From: Takakia lepidozioides
Lineage: Eukaryota; Plantae; Bryophyta
DNA length: 64,000 nucleotides
Reading direction: 5' to 3'
Assembly: GCA_030704615.1 (NCBI GenBank)
Contig: CM060731.1
Span: forward strand, 9,796,001-9,860,000
The notes beneath the pieces are model-generated. The model searched no databases and was not told where the DNA came from. It worked only from the letters and a program-made list of their open reading frames with translations. Each line of letters begins with the position of its first letter. Position 1 is the first letter of the stretch. Both the position numbers and the translations under genes were made by a program. This document shows positions 12,584 to 26,000 of the stretch, piece by piece.

Positions 12584-14914
12584 ATGGGGAGTGAGGTGTA
12601 ATGCTCCAATATTTCCTGTGAGGTACCTGGTCGATGGGGTGAGATAGTTGTTGTTGGGTTAATGTCAGACGGGCGAATGATGTCAATCCACATACGTCAA
12701 GCCATCTTGCAGGATGCCTGGTTCTCTCTGGAGTGTCTAGACGATAATTTTGACCCCCATGGTCGAGTATTGCAATTCTCATGGTGCATTTGTTGAAATC
12801 ACCTTAGATTATTTTTTGGCTTTTAGCCCAAGGTAGACTGTTGTGATGTCTTTCAACCCCAATATGGAATCTGGAAACTTAATCTCAAGCTACTCATGCA
12901 TCACTGCTTTGTCCTTCAATCATGTAACGCTTCTGCTCTCATGCTCTATATCGTGAGTTAGTGTAATGATGCAGATTTCAAGCACAAGAACACCAAGAAT
13001 GCATTGGATTGAAAGCTACCAAAAACCTGCAGGGTTAAATATGTCAACTGAAGAAGCTGGATGCAGCTCACGGTAAGTCTCATTGTACCGGAGGTGATAA
13101 AGGCGGGACTGTGTGGTTTTTGGTCCTGTTTGTCCCTACCTTCTTGCTGCTTTGTAGATTTCTACGTGGAGTTCCTGGACGTAACATGCACATAACTTTT
13201 ACTTATGGTGCCTGGTCTGCTGGATCTCTCTGGTGGATCTGATTGTTTTCGACATGTTAATGCTCCCGGGGTTGCAGGCAGATTTTTAAAACGCCAGTAC
13301 ACAGAGCTGGAGAGGCTTTGTAATGACTGTTTTGCAACCCCAATCAATTGGGTATAGTAGATGAAATAAGGTGAATGTTTGTTGTGTGAATGTCTGTTAT
13401 GTGATGAGCAGACTACAAGATGTATGGTACTCCCCATTCTCTCTTACCCATCTCTTTTCTACATGTTGTTACCTCTCCAAATTTATTTGTCCTTTTGTAT
13501 TCCTTGGACTGCAATCGCATGAGTTATATCCGCTAGTGGGCTAGTGGGCTAGTGGGGCAGTGTTGGATGAATGTACTCCCTAGATGAGGGCAAAGCCAAC
13601 ATGAAGTGCCTTACATTGACTGTGGGCGAGGACAGGAAGAAATTACAGGTCTTCTCTTAGGGCCTTTCTCTTAGGGCCACACCACAGGAGCGGCAATGAG
13701 CTCCAATGATGTGGAAGTCCGTGGCTAGGATTGTAGCATAGTGATGTTATGGAGAGTAGGCCAATGTCAGCAAAAACAAAACAACGCAACCACATGAGAG
13801 GCAGTTGGGCATGGGAACAGAAGCAAAAGTGAATGAGGAAATGAGCTCCACGTCGGGGAGGCGCAGTATAACGATAAAGAAGTTCCTTAACGTTTCGGAT
13901 TTCCAGGCAATAGCCCCTGGAAACCCTACTTCCGCGAAGTGGCTCCACATAAGCATCACATCACATTGCTTTGTCGTTGCCGTCCCTCGCGTGTGGTAAG
14001 TGAGGTGTCAGTTTACGATCCATCGACCAATCAGCAAGCTCTGTTTGTTTCCACTGCCGCTCATGTGGTAGCGCCCTTAACATGTGAGAGGGTCCAGTCT
14101 AATTGGCAGTGCAACCACAACAGCACGTCTAATACCTACGGTGAAGGGCTTGAGTAGTAGTGCCATTACAAACAACGTGCTTCCTAACATGATGTCAATA
14201 TGCACATACCAACAGTCAATTTCTGGGTTGTTTCTTTGTGTACACAAGCAGTATGAGAATTTTGGCCTACTTTCCACACTTTTGTGATTTGACACTATGT
14301 GCACCTATTATTTTCCGATCCATGTCTCTCGTGGTAGTGTCGCACATCCGAATGAGATGTGGGACGTTTGTGGTTAACTCCTACGAAACTAATACATCGT
14401 TTTCTCATAACCCTATCAGTAACGTCGGAACGTTGGAACATTACAAATATAAACAGTGAGACCATTTATATTACGATGACAAGTGCCAGGATCGAGCATA
14501 TGCAATGTAGTATTTACAATGGGATTTTATTTATTGCATGCACGATCAAAATTGAGTTCTGTCTTCACAAATGAACCATAGTACCGTCGCAAATCTAATA
14601 TCTACGAGACTGTGGTCTACTCCGTCCTATATACATGTCCCGAGGCTTAGGCCAATAGAATGGCTTGCCCATGAACCGACGTACTACGTGGGCTAATGTA
14701 ACTCTCTCCCTCTTGTTGTTGTCATACAACCTTTGTAACCTAGACTCCTCATTTTTGTCACTTAGCAAACATTTATTAAATGAAACCCAAAAGTGTGATT
14801 GGTCACTGATAGGGCTCAAGATTCACACAAGTATTCTGATTGGCTTAGCTCTGAAACCTCTGGAAACCTACAAACTTTGTGTAAACTTCATGAGATCAAG
14901 TCATACTTCCAAGT

Positions 14915-15058
14915 CTGTTAGGATGATTGGATGTAGGGCATCTCATAAATTCGACCTTGGGATAAAAATGATGAAAAGCCACTGTTAGGATGATTGGATA
15001 TAGGGCATCTCATAAATTCGACCTTGGGATTAAAATGATGAAAAGCCACAGTTAGGAT
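14915..15058. repeat. Tandem repeat, 67-bp unit, about 2.1 copies
   Basis: ctgttaggatgattggat(g/a)tagggcatctcataaattcgaccttgggat(a/t)aaaatgatgaaaagcca at 14915 and 14982, partial copy at 15049. Confidence 0.9.
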
Positions 15059-16129
15059 TTCACCATCGGTAGATGAATTATCGTAGGGCTTTCTACAGCC
15101 CAAGGTGAAGGCCCGAAAATCCAGGAATGCATCCCTTGTCTAAAAAAATGCCAAAAATTAAAAAAGCATTTTCATGCATAAGAAAATGGTCAAAATCTTC
15201 AGGACAATTATATTTTTACCAAGCATTGGAAGCAAAATAAATCTGAGGGGCACATTACGCATCACCATAATGTACTTCGGTGGAACTGATAGGGATCTTC
15301 CGCTGGCAGAATGTACCCCCATGGGTTTTGCTTTTTAAGGGCACTATATATACAAAGAATTTTTTTTGGCAATTCTTTAATCCTTAAGGGCCCGCCACTG
15401 GGCAAATTTCACCCCAAAATAGTGACCTCTGGCGAGTTCATTAAGGCTACACACCTACCTTGTTATATCCAAAAAAATGAACCTTACCAAATTCGCCTTG
15501 GCTACCATGTACATCCACTCAACGAATTACGGAGAAATTCATCGTATATCACAAAGAGAGATTTTAATGTTTTAGTGTGGGATTTTTTGGTTTTTGGATT
15601 TTGCGAAGTATGAATGTTGAGCTTTGACCAAGCTATTTGAGTCAGCGTAGCTATAACGTGAGCCTAGCCCCGTGAGCCCTGTGACTCGTAAGCTGTCCCC
15701 ACTAAGCGTGAGCGCAGGGCGGTAAAGCAGGAGAATGAGACCCTATAGCCAAGGGGAAGATGAGGAGGGCTTATGACTATAGAAAATTGAGTAGTATGAG
15801 CAGAAACAAATATTCCAAAGCCATGTAATGGCTTCCACAAATTGCCAATAAAAGGCTAGACATACAAAAAAAAGACAGAATTGGAGCATGCAATGACTTC
15901 AAAGAGATGAACAAGCATACCATAATTTAATTTGCATTGAAGCTACACAAAATGGGCCCGATTAAAGACATACTGAAATGTTCTAGTGTAGTATAGTTGC
16001 ATTCAACATCAATGATAGCTAGTAATCTCCATAAGCTGTAGGGACATACTCTCAAAGATCACATACACTACTAATCAAATATGTTTATGAGCTATCACGC
16101 TGTAGAAGAGTATGAAATTTGCCAAAACC

Positions 16130-16520
16130 AAGCGTGGGCTGGTGAATAAACTGGTATCTTCTGGAGTCACAATACATCATGTGCAGATGTATGTACTATG
16201 TAATATAGATGTTTATAGAGGACCACTTCCATATTTTCCCAAGGTTGCCCTCACGCATACTCACGAAATCTGGACAAGTGCAATCTGAAAAATTGCCCAC
16301 CATAATTTGATATGCCCTGTCATGAAGAACAGAATCACCAGAAGTGAGCATTGTGTACACCTGACCATAGCCAGGGAGAAGAACTTCCATGATATCTGTC
16401 ACATGCGTTTGGAGAATTCTTGCTGACATCACCTTACAGTTGTGATCTGGACCAAGAGAGACACAGTGCACTGTTTCTCGTGGGGTGCGGATCGACCCGG
16501 CAGGAGGCACTCTACCAACA
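16130..16520 (-). pseudogene. Degenerate SWIM zinc-finger fragment (MULE-type transposon remnant)
   Basis: AYQIMVGNFSDCTCPDF then frameshifted KHLYYI and FIHQPTL; fits a decayed CxCx(n)CxH SWIM finger. Confidence 0.55.
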
Positions 16521-17465
16521 AAAAAGAAAGTAGAGAGCCTATGTCAGGTGTAGGTAACACTGAAGAATGTGCAAGTTGAAAATCAGCGTCTTCTAATATG
16601 ATAGTCATGTGTGATGAAATAGAGGTTCCCGCCTTCACTGGCCCAATGTTAGGTGGGGGCGGCTGAGTCACGCATAGTTCTATTGACACATCGAGCAACA
16701 TCATCAAGGCAGAATCCGATTTTTGAACCTTGGACTCATTTGTTAATCCATAGGGTCGAAATAACCTTATGAACGTAGGAGCTGGAGTGTCACTAGAGCC
16801 TTTGGCTATCTTTGAGGTACACTTGACAAAAATATTTCCCGGATTGTTGTACATCCTACATTGAAAATAAGGTCAAAGATTGAAGTGGACAATTTGAGAG
16901 TATACTATTGCAGAAACCAAGTGTGTCCAAAATTCAATGGAGAGTTCTCCCCGGTACATATCGTGTTTTTGGAGTTCTTAAAAGACAATACGGTGTGTCG
17001 TTGTTAACACGAGGCACAGCTGTCTCTGTCGTTTATGACAAACGACATGTGGTTGTTAAACAAGAATTAAGCATTTCCACCATGTTTGTCACCCTGTCGG
17101 AGTCTAATTCGGATGAGGACGTCTCGGAGATTCCAGCTCCGAATAAAAATCATGTTTTGGAAGAGGTTAATGTGGAGGAGATCACATGTGTCGTTCCAAA
17201 GTTGAAGGCTTTGGGGGGATTCATGGATGCAACAGTGAGATGCGAGACATTGTGTGGAATTGTTTCAAATATAACGAGTTTAATTTCTCCCGATGGCCTT
17301 TGACAGTGATATTCTCTTGGAACTAAACCCACTCACGATCTTCTAGGGGACACAGGGCCCACCCCTGAAAAGGGGCAGTAGCCGCGAGGCGAAGTTGCTC
17401 TTAGTTACGCCGGCTTCGGCTGAAGTCTTCTCTCTTCTAGGGGCCTTGCTGGTCTTTTGTAAGAA

Positions 17466-17654
17466 ATGGACAAGAAGCATGATGGGCACCCTTGGTGCAA
17501 ATCAACAAAAAATTCCAAAATTAAATTTCGGAGGACAATTTACATTGGCCACCTTTGGTACTTGAATTCAGCTTGCCCACATTTGAGGTTCAACACTGTT
17601 CCGGATGAGAGTCTATGGGAAGGTATATCGGACAATCCGTCAAACCTGGGGTGA
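17466..17654 (+). pseudogene. Probable transposon-derived coding fragment
   Basis: MDKKHDGHPW...FRRT..IGHL..LN.ACP resembles N-terminal regions of bryophyte transposon proteins (from recall only); truncated. Confidence 0.3.
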
Positions 17655-18215
17655 TCCTCGGGGAATCCACTCCCTATATAGTTGAAGGAATCACGTGCGA
17701 TAAAGAGGTATTTTCTATGAGAGTTTTTTTTTTTTCATCTATCCTATAATTATTTAATTTTATAATATGCACAATTATCTGGCAGGCAATTTGTTTTAAT
17801 TTGATTGTAATCATAAAATATTTGATACCCTATATTATCATAAAAATAAAACAATTTTTTTTTAGAGTGCAAAAAATTTTAATATTTATTTTGATACAAA
17901 CTCATTGAGAGCTTCAGCATCAACACCATTTAAGGTGTAAACATTCTGAACTTTGTCATATGTCATAGTTACTGAACTGAATGGAGTCTATGTCTATCCC
18001 TTTATTATCACTAACATCATATCTAACTTTATGGTGTTATTTTGATTTGGAGAAGTAATTTAAGTGCACCATGATTGTTGTTGCTGGTTTGTTTAGGAGA
18101 TCAATTGGCTGCCGAGATATCCCCCACCTAGTCCCCACCTTTTGTATTCTACCTATCCACCATGAATCCTCGTCTACACCAACAACAGCTATTGATGTTG
18201 ACTCACCGTTCCAAC

Positions 18216-19018
18216 CAGTGTTGGGCGGTTCTTGCATTTGTGAAGGAACCCGGTTCCGGTTCCACAATTATTTCAAGAGACGGTTCCGGATCCGGTTCCG
18301 GATCCAACTTTTAAACATGGGGGCGGTTCCGGTTACCGGTTAGTTGCTGATAAAAACCACCGGTTCCAGGTTAGGTTCCGGTTCTATTCTAAATATATAT
18401 TTGTTTAATTTAATTTAATTTAAAATATTTTATCGGCCCGGGAGATTAAATAGCAGTGTATTCACATATTTGAACTAAAATCTAACGATTTTATTAGTTT
18501 TCACTAACACAAAAAAAAACAAACAATAATACTCCAAATAAACTGGTAGAAGAAAATGGGTAAAATTTTATGGGTTGAAATTTCTATTAAGCTATCTGGC
18601 AGGTATTGGCATCTTCTAACATTTTGATTAATGAACTTAGCCAGGATATCATGGAGCTGGAGATTGAACCCAAGATCTCATGGCGCTAAAGCATTGAACA
18701 TAGAATTTCATGGCCTTCAAGCATGGAACCATGATCTCATGGAGCTTGAGAGCATTGAAAGTTTTGGCATGGGGCCACCATCTCTCCAAGGTTATGTCAT
18801 GGGCCCACCGAGGGTTCAAGAACCGGAACCTGTTTTTATCCCCATGCGCCCCGGTTCTCCGATTCTCACACCCAGCAGGAACCGCCGGTTCGGTTTTGCG
18901 CCGATCCCCATTGGCAGGTTCCGGTTCCGGGCAGGTTCTGGAGGAATGGGCCGGTTCCGGTTAACCTGAACCTGAACCGGCGGTTAACCTAGGTCCCGGG
19001 GGTAACCGCCCAACACTG
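18216..19018. mobile_element. Non-autonomous hAT element (MITE), 803 bp
   Basis: Perfect 15-bp TIR cagtgttgggcggtt/aaccgcccaacactg; perfect 8-bp TSD gttccaac (18208-18215 and 19019-19026); many subterminal ccggtt/aaccgg motifs; interrupts a transposase-like reading frame (WWIGRIQK..). Confidence 0.93.
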
Positions 19019-19604
19019 GTTCCAACCCCACTTAACTTTATTTCTTCACAAAGCTGCATTTACAGAGGAGGATTGTGTCGTGGGTCCACTTTTTGAACAA
19101 AATATCTGATCATCTAGGTCCAACGAGTTGTTAATGAAGTCACAATACAAATATACCATAGAATGAATAACACGTATACATCCGTCATACCCCTATATGT
19201 AGTTCTAAAAAATATATAATTGGATCATATATTCATAACCCTATTTTTATTTAAATGTGGTATCCACAAAATAAGGACACCCAATTTTATTTCTAAAAAT
19301 ATTGTAAATTTTACTTTCAAAGAATATATGTTACCCTATATTTTTTTGCACGCCGTTTGGAAAAAATAGCAAGTGACTTCTTGGGGGATGAGCCGACCCT
19401 CCTCCCAACAATACATACGTATGTAGTTCTACAAATTGCCCCCCATCTTGCATTCCTGTATGCTATGTTTGCATGCATTACATCACCTACCGTTGCAAGA
19501 CAATGATCCGGGCCTATATACATTTCAGTTTTCATGAGCATGGATCATTTCTCTGTCTTGAGCTCTCATAATATTCGAAAGCAGGTGAATGCATTGAGAC
19601 TTAA

Positions 19605-21793
19605 CCCTTCAGTGCCTAAGCGACCCATTTTGGGTCGGTTGGGTTTGCTTAACCAACCATAACTTCCTGTGGTTAAGGCTGATTGGGGCTTTTTTGGGCT
19701 CAATCGATAGAAAATCGGGTCCCCCTTCATATGGCATTGACCAATTGGGTCAATGCCTGAAGGGGTATGGGTCTGGACCAATGGGAAGGGGGACAACTTA
19801 GCTTTTTGAGGCCATTCTGACCCCCCTAACCTGCTCAAGTTGCTGACATGGCAACTGCGGTCAGGTTAGGGTGATTGAAAGATAGGGGGGGTGTAGTGTG
19901 TAATTCCGTTGGTTCTCTCAATTTCCCCCTCCGACTCTCTTCTACTCATGCTCCTGGTCTGCTCACCGTTCATGGAAAAACAATCCCCTCGTAGCCAACT
20001 GGTTTGGTCCTGTCCAACTCATCGACCAATCCATTCCCCAAGCCCCTTGATTGCCGGTTGGGGGCATGGCGGCCGGCGTAGGTGTGGGCCTACCTGAAAT
20101 CGACGGCGCTGGAAGCTCCGGCCAACACCATGGGCCCATAGCAGGGTGGGCCGGAGAGAGTGCTGCCGCAATGGCGGTAGGGCTCGCGGCTCAAGAGCCG
20201 GGTAGCCATAGGAGCTCCCAAACCTCGTGCCCTTCTTGACTATGGCTCCAAATATCCTAGGCCTGCAAGCTATAACATAGGTGTTCCATTTGAAGTCTTG
20301 GGCAGGGAATCTAAAGATTTGAGGGCATTGCCTGATTGGCCTTAAAACATTTTGAGGACTTCATATGGATTTTAGGAATTGAACGGCAAAATTGTTTTGT
20401 ACGATTTTATGAAGAGAGATTGGCCTGCCCAGAGAAAATGGCAGATTTTGACCCCCCAATTTGTCACTACAAAGGAGCCCACTTGAGAATATTTCAAAAA
20501 AAACTGAAAATTTTCTGAGAATGTGTGTTATCAGGTATGGAGCAGTGTTGGGCGGGTATTACTTTTTTCTGATACCAGCCGGATCCGGGTATTGAAAAGA
20601 AATCAATTTGCAATACCGGCCGGTTCCATAGTATTGAAAGATTCCCTTAATTTTAATACCCGCTGGTTCTCAATAGTAGTATGATTTTCGATTTGTGGAC
20701 GGGTATCAATAGGATGGGTATTCCAATCTAATACCAGCCGGTTATCAACCCGGGTATAAAAAATAAAATAAAAAAACCACTAAATCATTAATATGTATTG
20801 AATTGAGAAGATTCAGTTGATTTCACAAAGAAATTAATTATTCTGTTGCAAAATTATAAATAATAACAACGTTCCAAATTGAAGCAAACTTAGTTAAAAG
20901 AAGACTGATTGCAACCCTCATTGTCAGATAAAGCAGCATCTGCAATGAGGTCCTCATATTCATCAATCAAATTGTCTTCCAACAAAAAGAAATCCTTGAT
21001 CCCGCCCAAAACCACCTTGTAATCCGTCCGCACATTATCCGGCCAATTCTTTAAAATTAGCACCAATTTGTCGAGGTTGTCAATGCCAAGTCGACATCAA
21101 TGCCAAGTCCACATCGCCATAGACTAGTGATGAGTCCAGCAATGCTAGAGATTCGCTCGGTCTCAATTTGCGAACCCACAATCCCCAAAATTGCTCCGGC
21201 AAGGAATTGATGTTCGGAAATTGGCGGGCCCTTGGGCCTGGACATGCCCTCCCTGACATGTGTGCACCCTCTTACCCTGACCCTGACATATGCACCCAAC
21301 CAATTTCCTATTCATACCATGGTATAGTCCTTGTTTTTGCCCATAATACGGGTATGCACCCGGGTATTGCCTTGGCAATACCAGCCGGTCCGGTTATCAA
21401 CCATAGTATTGTAATTGCCAATACCAGCCGGGTCGGTTATTCAATACCCTGGTTGATACCCGGCCAAGACCCTATATACCAGTCCAACACTAGAACGGAG
21501 CAACATTCTTGAGACTCTAAAAAACTGCCCAAATACGAGCAAAAAACTGCTTTTTTTGGCACCTATTTCTTAGTGAAGAGTTTTTCTTGTCCTCACTCTA
21601 CACTTTCTTCAGATCTGGCAGTTGGATTTCGATGAAACTTTTTGTGGTAGGAGATGGGGTAGGTGGGAAGTATTTCCAACTGTCAGTTTTACAGGGACAC
21701 AAAGAATCAGAGAATCTCCAGATTAAAAAGTTTTTGTGGGCCAGGGTCAAGTTTTTCCACCAAAGGGTGAAAATGAGTTCAGGCACTTAAGGG
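19605..21793. mobile_element. TTAA-flanked piggyBac-like non-autonomous element A, containing a nested hAT
   Basis: TTAA at 19601-19604 and 21794-21797; imperfect TIR cccttcagtgcctaagc versus reverse-complemented right end cccttaagtgcctgaac. Confidence 0.75.
20543..21492. mobile_element. Non-autonomous hAT element nested in element A
   Basis: TIR cagtgttgggcgggtat / ataccagtccaacacta; decayed 8-bp TSD gtatggag / gaacggag; subterminal ataccagccgg and gggtat repeats; same TIR start as 18216-19018. Confidence 0.8.
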
Positions 21794-21797
21794 TTAA

Positions 21798-22629
21798 CCC
21801 TTAACTTCCTACGCAACCGGTTTCAGGTTGCGCTGTTTGAATGAACCATCCTAACTTTTTGCAGATGAAGTTTTTATACATTCATTCTTTCTGGGTTTAT
21901 AACGCATGAGGTGGCCCACCTGCTCCAATTTATTGCATGCCATTTGAAGCAAGCATGCAACCTCCAAATTGTTTTCAAGGGACATGGGTCAAAAAAAAAT
22001 TGGGTGGAAGGGAATGGAAGGGAATTGACTGGAAACGTGAAGCCCCCTCATTGGGTCATTGAAACATATTAAACCAAGGATGCCAAAACTGTTTGATGCT
22101 ACTCGACCTATTTGAAATTCGGTTATTACCAATAGATCCTATTGAAAATGAACCTAATGCTTATGGGTATTGTAAGAAAACCCCTCACCAAAGGGATTTG
22201 TGTAATTATGGTTTTTGGGACAGGCTTGAGGGGTGAATATGTTGACCCTCACCAAAACACATACAAAACAGCCTTTTCAGTAAAATGTTGGTTTGATATG
22301 AAATTTGGCATGCACTTTGAATTTGTATTACACATTATGTAAACTTGGGGTAGCCCCTTTTGGAAATTTCGAAAAGCCCCTTAACATGCTTGGTAAAGCA
22401 AATAAAAGGATTTTTTCAAACCCAAAAAACAGAAAATGTCTCAAATATAATCTCTCAAACTCGACAAAAAAAATTCCTAAAATTTGGGGAGATGGTGTAA
22501 AAGCCAAGTAGGCATGTATGTGTACAGACAATTTTTGTGGATGAATGCTGGTAGATGGGTAGCCCCCTGTTAGTTCCAAGGGGTAGTAATTTTTGGTAGG
22601 AAAAAATTCACCTTGTAGGAAGTTAAGGG
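21798..22629. mobile_element. TTAA-flanked piggyBac-like non-autonomous element B
   Basis: Perfect 15-bp TIR cccttaacttcctac / gtaggaagttaaggg; TTAA at 21794-21797 (shared with element A) and 22630-22633. Confidence 0.88.
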
Positions 22630-23056
22630 TTAAACATAGTGACTAATAGATGTTCCCTTGAGGGTGGGTGCCAAGATAATAAAACCTACACCTAATTTGG
22701 ACAAGCAGAATAATGGTGAAGGTCAGGAAACAAAAATGTGGAAAATCATTATGAGAGACCATTTGTGAAGTCAATACTACCTATGGGAAAATTCATTTTT
22801 GGTCAGCCCTTGACGCCTGCTTAGCAGTGTCCAATTGGGTGCAAAGAACTTAAGTGACTGTAGAGATTGTCCCCTTGGACAAAACAAGTGGAAAGGAGGA
22901 AAGAATATACCCACATCTGAAGTGACAGCATCTTTCCAAAGTATCTCAATGTCTCGAGCCGGGCCAGCATTGGGCTGTAGCCAAAATGGGAGACCGCACT
23001 TCTTAAAACTGCCTCCACATCATTGGCAGTCACAGACATTCTTCAAAACACTGCAC

Positions 23057-26000
23057 TTACTCTTCCTCAGGTTCCTCATCTGTCACGCTCTCCTCATCAG
23101 AACCCACGAACTCCGCCTCCTCATCCGAGGATGGAGTTTCAACTTTTGTATCAAGCAAAGGGGACTCGGCATTCCACTGTTGACGTGGGATTTGTTCCAG
23201 GGCCTCTGTACTGGAAGGCTCACCTGGGTCTTGAGAAGGTAGTGTGGGCAGGAACGGCTTGCGAGACCTTTTTAGATGCTTTTGCTTTCTGCAAGTTACA
23301 CCTTTCTGTTAACGGAATCCAAGAAATAGAGGATGACCAGAACAAGAAGATTGAGGAAGCAAATGTACTATGCTTGCCATACCGTTTGGGTAAGTTTAAG
23401 TTTCCTGTGAGAAGACAACTCACTTCTTTTGAGTGACGAAAGCTGCCATGACTCTCTCGTCGTTCTCAGAATACACAGACCATGCTTCCTTTTGTATGCC
23501 ATCCACATTGCTGATATCTGATATTTTTGCAACCATGTTTACATCACAGAATCAGCAACAAGTTTTTAGTAAACTGACAACTGCCTTTACAGAGGGGAAG
23601 TTCACAGGGGCAATAGTCTGCTGCTGTGAAGATGGAATACAAGCAGTGCATATCCAGGCTAGTTAGTGCTCTGTAAGCGTATCCATATGTCTATGCCAAT
23701 TGATTCCAAACATTCCACATATTAAATACACTTGCCAAGAAGTTAAGATCCTAATTGATTGCTCGAAGGTTGGAGCTGCTTGCGGGCCTCCTCTTCTATG
23801 GACATTACAGAAAGGCTGGGTAGAAAGAGTACCTGGTACTGTTTTGTACTCTGCTCATAGACTAGTAGAAAACAATGCGGGCAGAACAAACCTTGAAGGA
23901 CCACAGAGGAGCGATCATTAACACCTTTCAGCTTCCAGCATGCACGTTCCCCCTTGTCCCAAACAACCACCTCAGTCCTCACGCCGTCACATCTCTGGGC
24001 ATCTGACATTTCCAGGCAACCCAGGCATTAATACTGTTCAACCCCAGTCTTGCTAGTTGGTTTTTTTGGACTATCATTATTGAAAATGAACATGCTTGAC
24101 AAAAACTAGAGTGCTTAATATCCTTTCAAAGCAAACCCCATACAAAATGAAACGTTAACTGAAACCTGAGTAGAACTACGGAGGCACCAGGGAGTTCCAT
24201 GTCATGAGACTTACTAAAGAGTTGATCCCCTCATCTTTGACTGCTACATTTATCCTGTAAGTGATCTATGATTATCAGATAACTTTCCAAACAAACCCAA
24301 AGCAGAAGGCACCTTTCTTGTGCAGAGTCTTTGAACAACTGGCCTCACCAGCAACCTCTTCTGCAGCCTCAGCTCTCATCCTGGTAAGATAAGTGGGGAG
24401 CTGCTGTAACTGGGGCCCCTTGTTCCTGCCCACAGCGAGTAAACGTTTGAGTTCTGCTGCCTTCTGCCTTTCCAGCTCCTTTTTTGCCTGCCCCACCCAG
24501 TTCAAAAACCAACCCTTGCAGTCAGATACAAGTGATGTCCTACAAATTGGTGGGGAAGGACACTGATTTATTTGTATGTACACAATGCAGAAAGAAACCA
24601 AATTCAATAAGGATATTTGCAGCAAGACAGACTATGACATCCTTGAAGCATCTTCAATTACAAGCAGATACTGCTACAGAATATTTACTTGAAAATAACA
24701 ACTCCTGAAAGAACCGCACCACCCAATCAAGAAATAGCTGCATGTAGACCAGGTCTTAATGATGTCCAGTAAGTTCAGCAGGCAGTTACATGACATGAGA
24801 CACAAGATTAGATGGTTCCACCTTTTCCTTGGCAGCCAAAGCCTCTTCTCGCTGTTCCTTTTTAATGCCGTCAACTTCAGCAATCACAGAATGAATATGC
24901 TCTCTTGCAAACCTGCAAGGGTTACATTGTGAACCATACATCACACACCTCTACAATTGTCCTCATGAATTACAAGGATATACAGAAGAAACTGTACAAG
25001 AATTGTATAGCCGCTGACATCTTATATGTAATCAATGATGATCCATTCTTCAAGAACGATTGGGTGAAGGTCTTCTATCCACGTCCCCACAAGTTGTGAA
25101 CAAGTACATGGAAGAGGGAAATGACTCCTACGAAGTAGAAAGCACGTCATCACAGATAATGCTGAGAAGTTGCAACTTCTCATGGATTGGAAGAGACGCA
25201 TAGCCATCAGCTCCACTCTCCAAAGCTGTTGCAATGTTCTCTGTTCCATCTTGAAGCAGACGGCAGTATAAAGAAGATGAAGATGCCATAGCCGATGAGG
25301 GTGGATGGACGGACGCATCTTTGATCATCATCATATTTCCTTTCAAATATGAACTCAATTTGCTGCGGAAATGCTTCTTGAGGGCTTCCAGCCATGAGTT
25401 CTTGCTGGTTGCAGCATACTTGATAGTGTACCTGCCACCATGAATTTTTGCATTAAACACTGCAAGCATCTTATCACTTGTCCTTATAGAAGTCTTGATT
25501 TAAGCGGAGTCCTAGCTGTGTCAGCCTTTCTAAGTAGTTTGTAGCAAACAAGCAGCTCCTGAAAATCTTATCCTACAGGCGCTCATATGTGGGCCATGCT
25601 GAGAAACATGGTTATGACCCAGGCAAAGCTCTAGATAGACTGGGTCAGCAAGGGTGTCTCCTCTAGTTTTGAACATGGAACCAATATATATAAAACCAGT
25701 CTGTCTGCAAATAAAAACAACCACTTTTGAAAACAAATGGTTTAAGGATACATACGGCGCTTCATTTTCGTCCAGTATCACAGACATCAGCCGTACATGG
25801 ATCTGTACAAGCTGTAATCTAAACTTTACAGCAGGGCCCTTAGCAATTTCAGTCAATGCCTTTTCTGCATCCCTGCTCTTGATACCAAGGAGCTGCAAGG
25901 TTCACAACCATTTTTCAGAAGCAAACAAGAGAAAGAAGAACGACCACTGAGGATTCAGAGATCCCGTAGTAAGAATATATAGTTTTAGATATCAAGGGGA

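Noticed and set aside
14915-15058. CRISPR-like array (also 34529-34640 and 5147-5194)
   Set aside because: Eukaryotic context, no unique spacers of regular length, no cas genes; simple tandem duplications.
16908-17303. 131-aa plus-strand ORF
   Set aside because: TTG start within transposon debris; likely an antisense shadow of a decayed minus-strand ORF.
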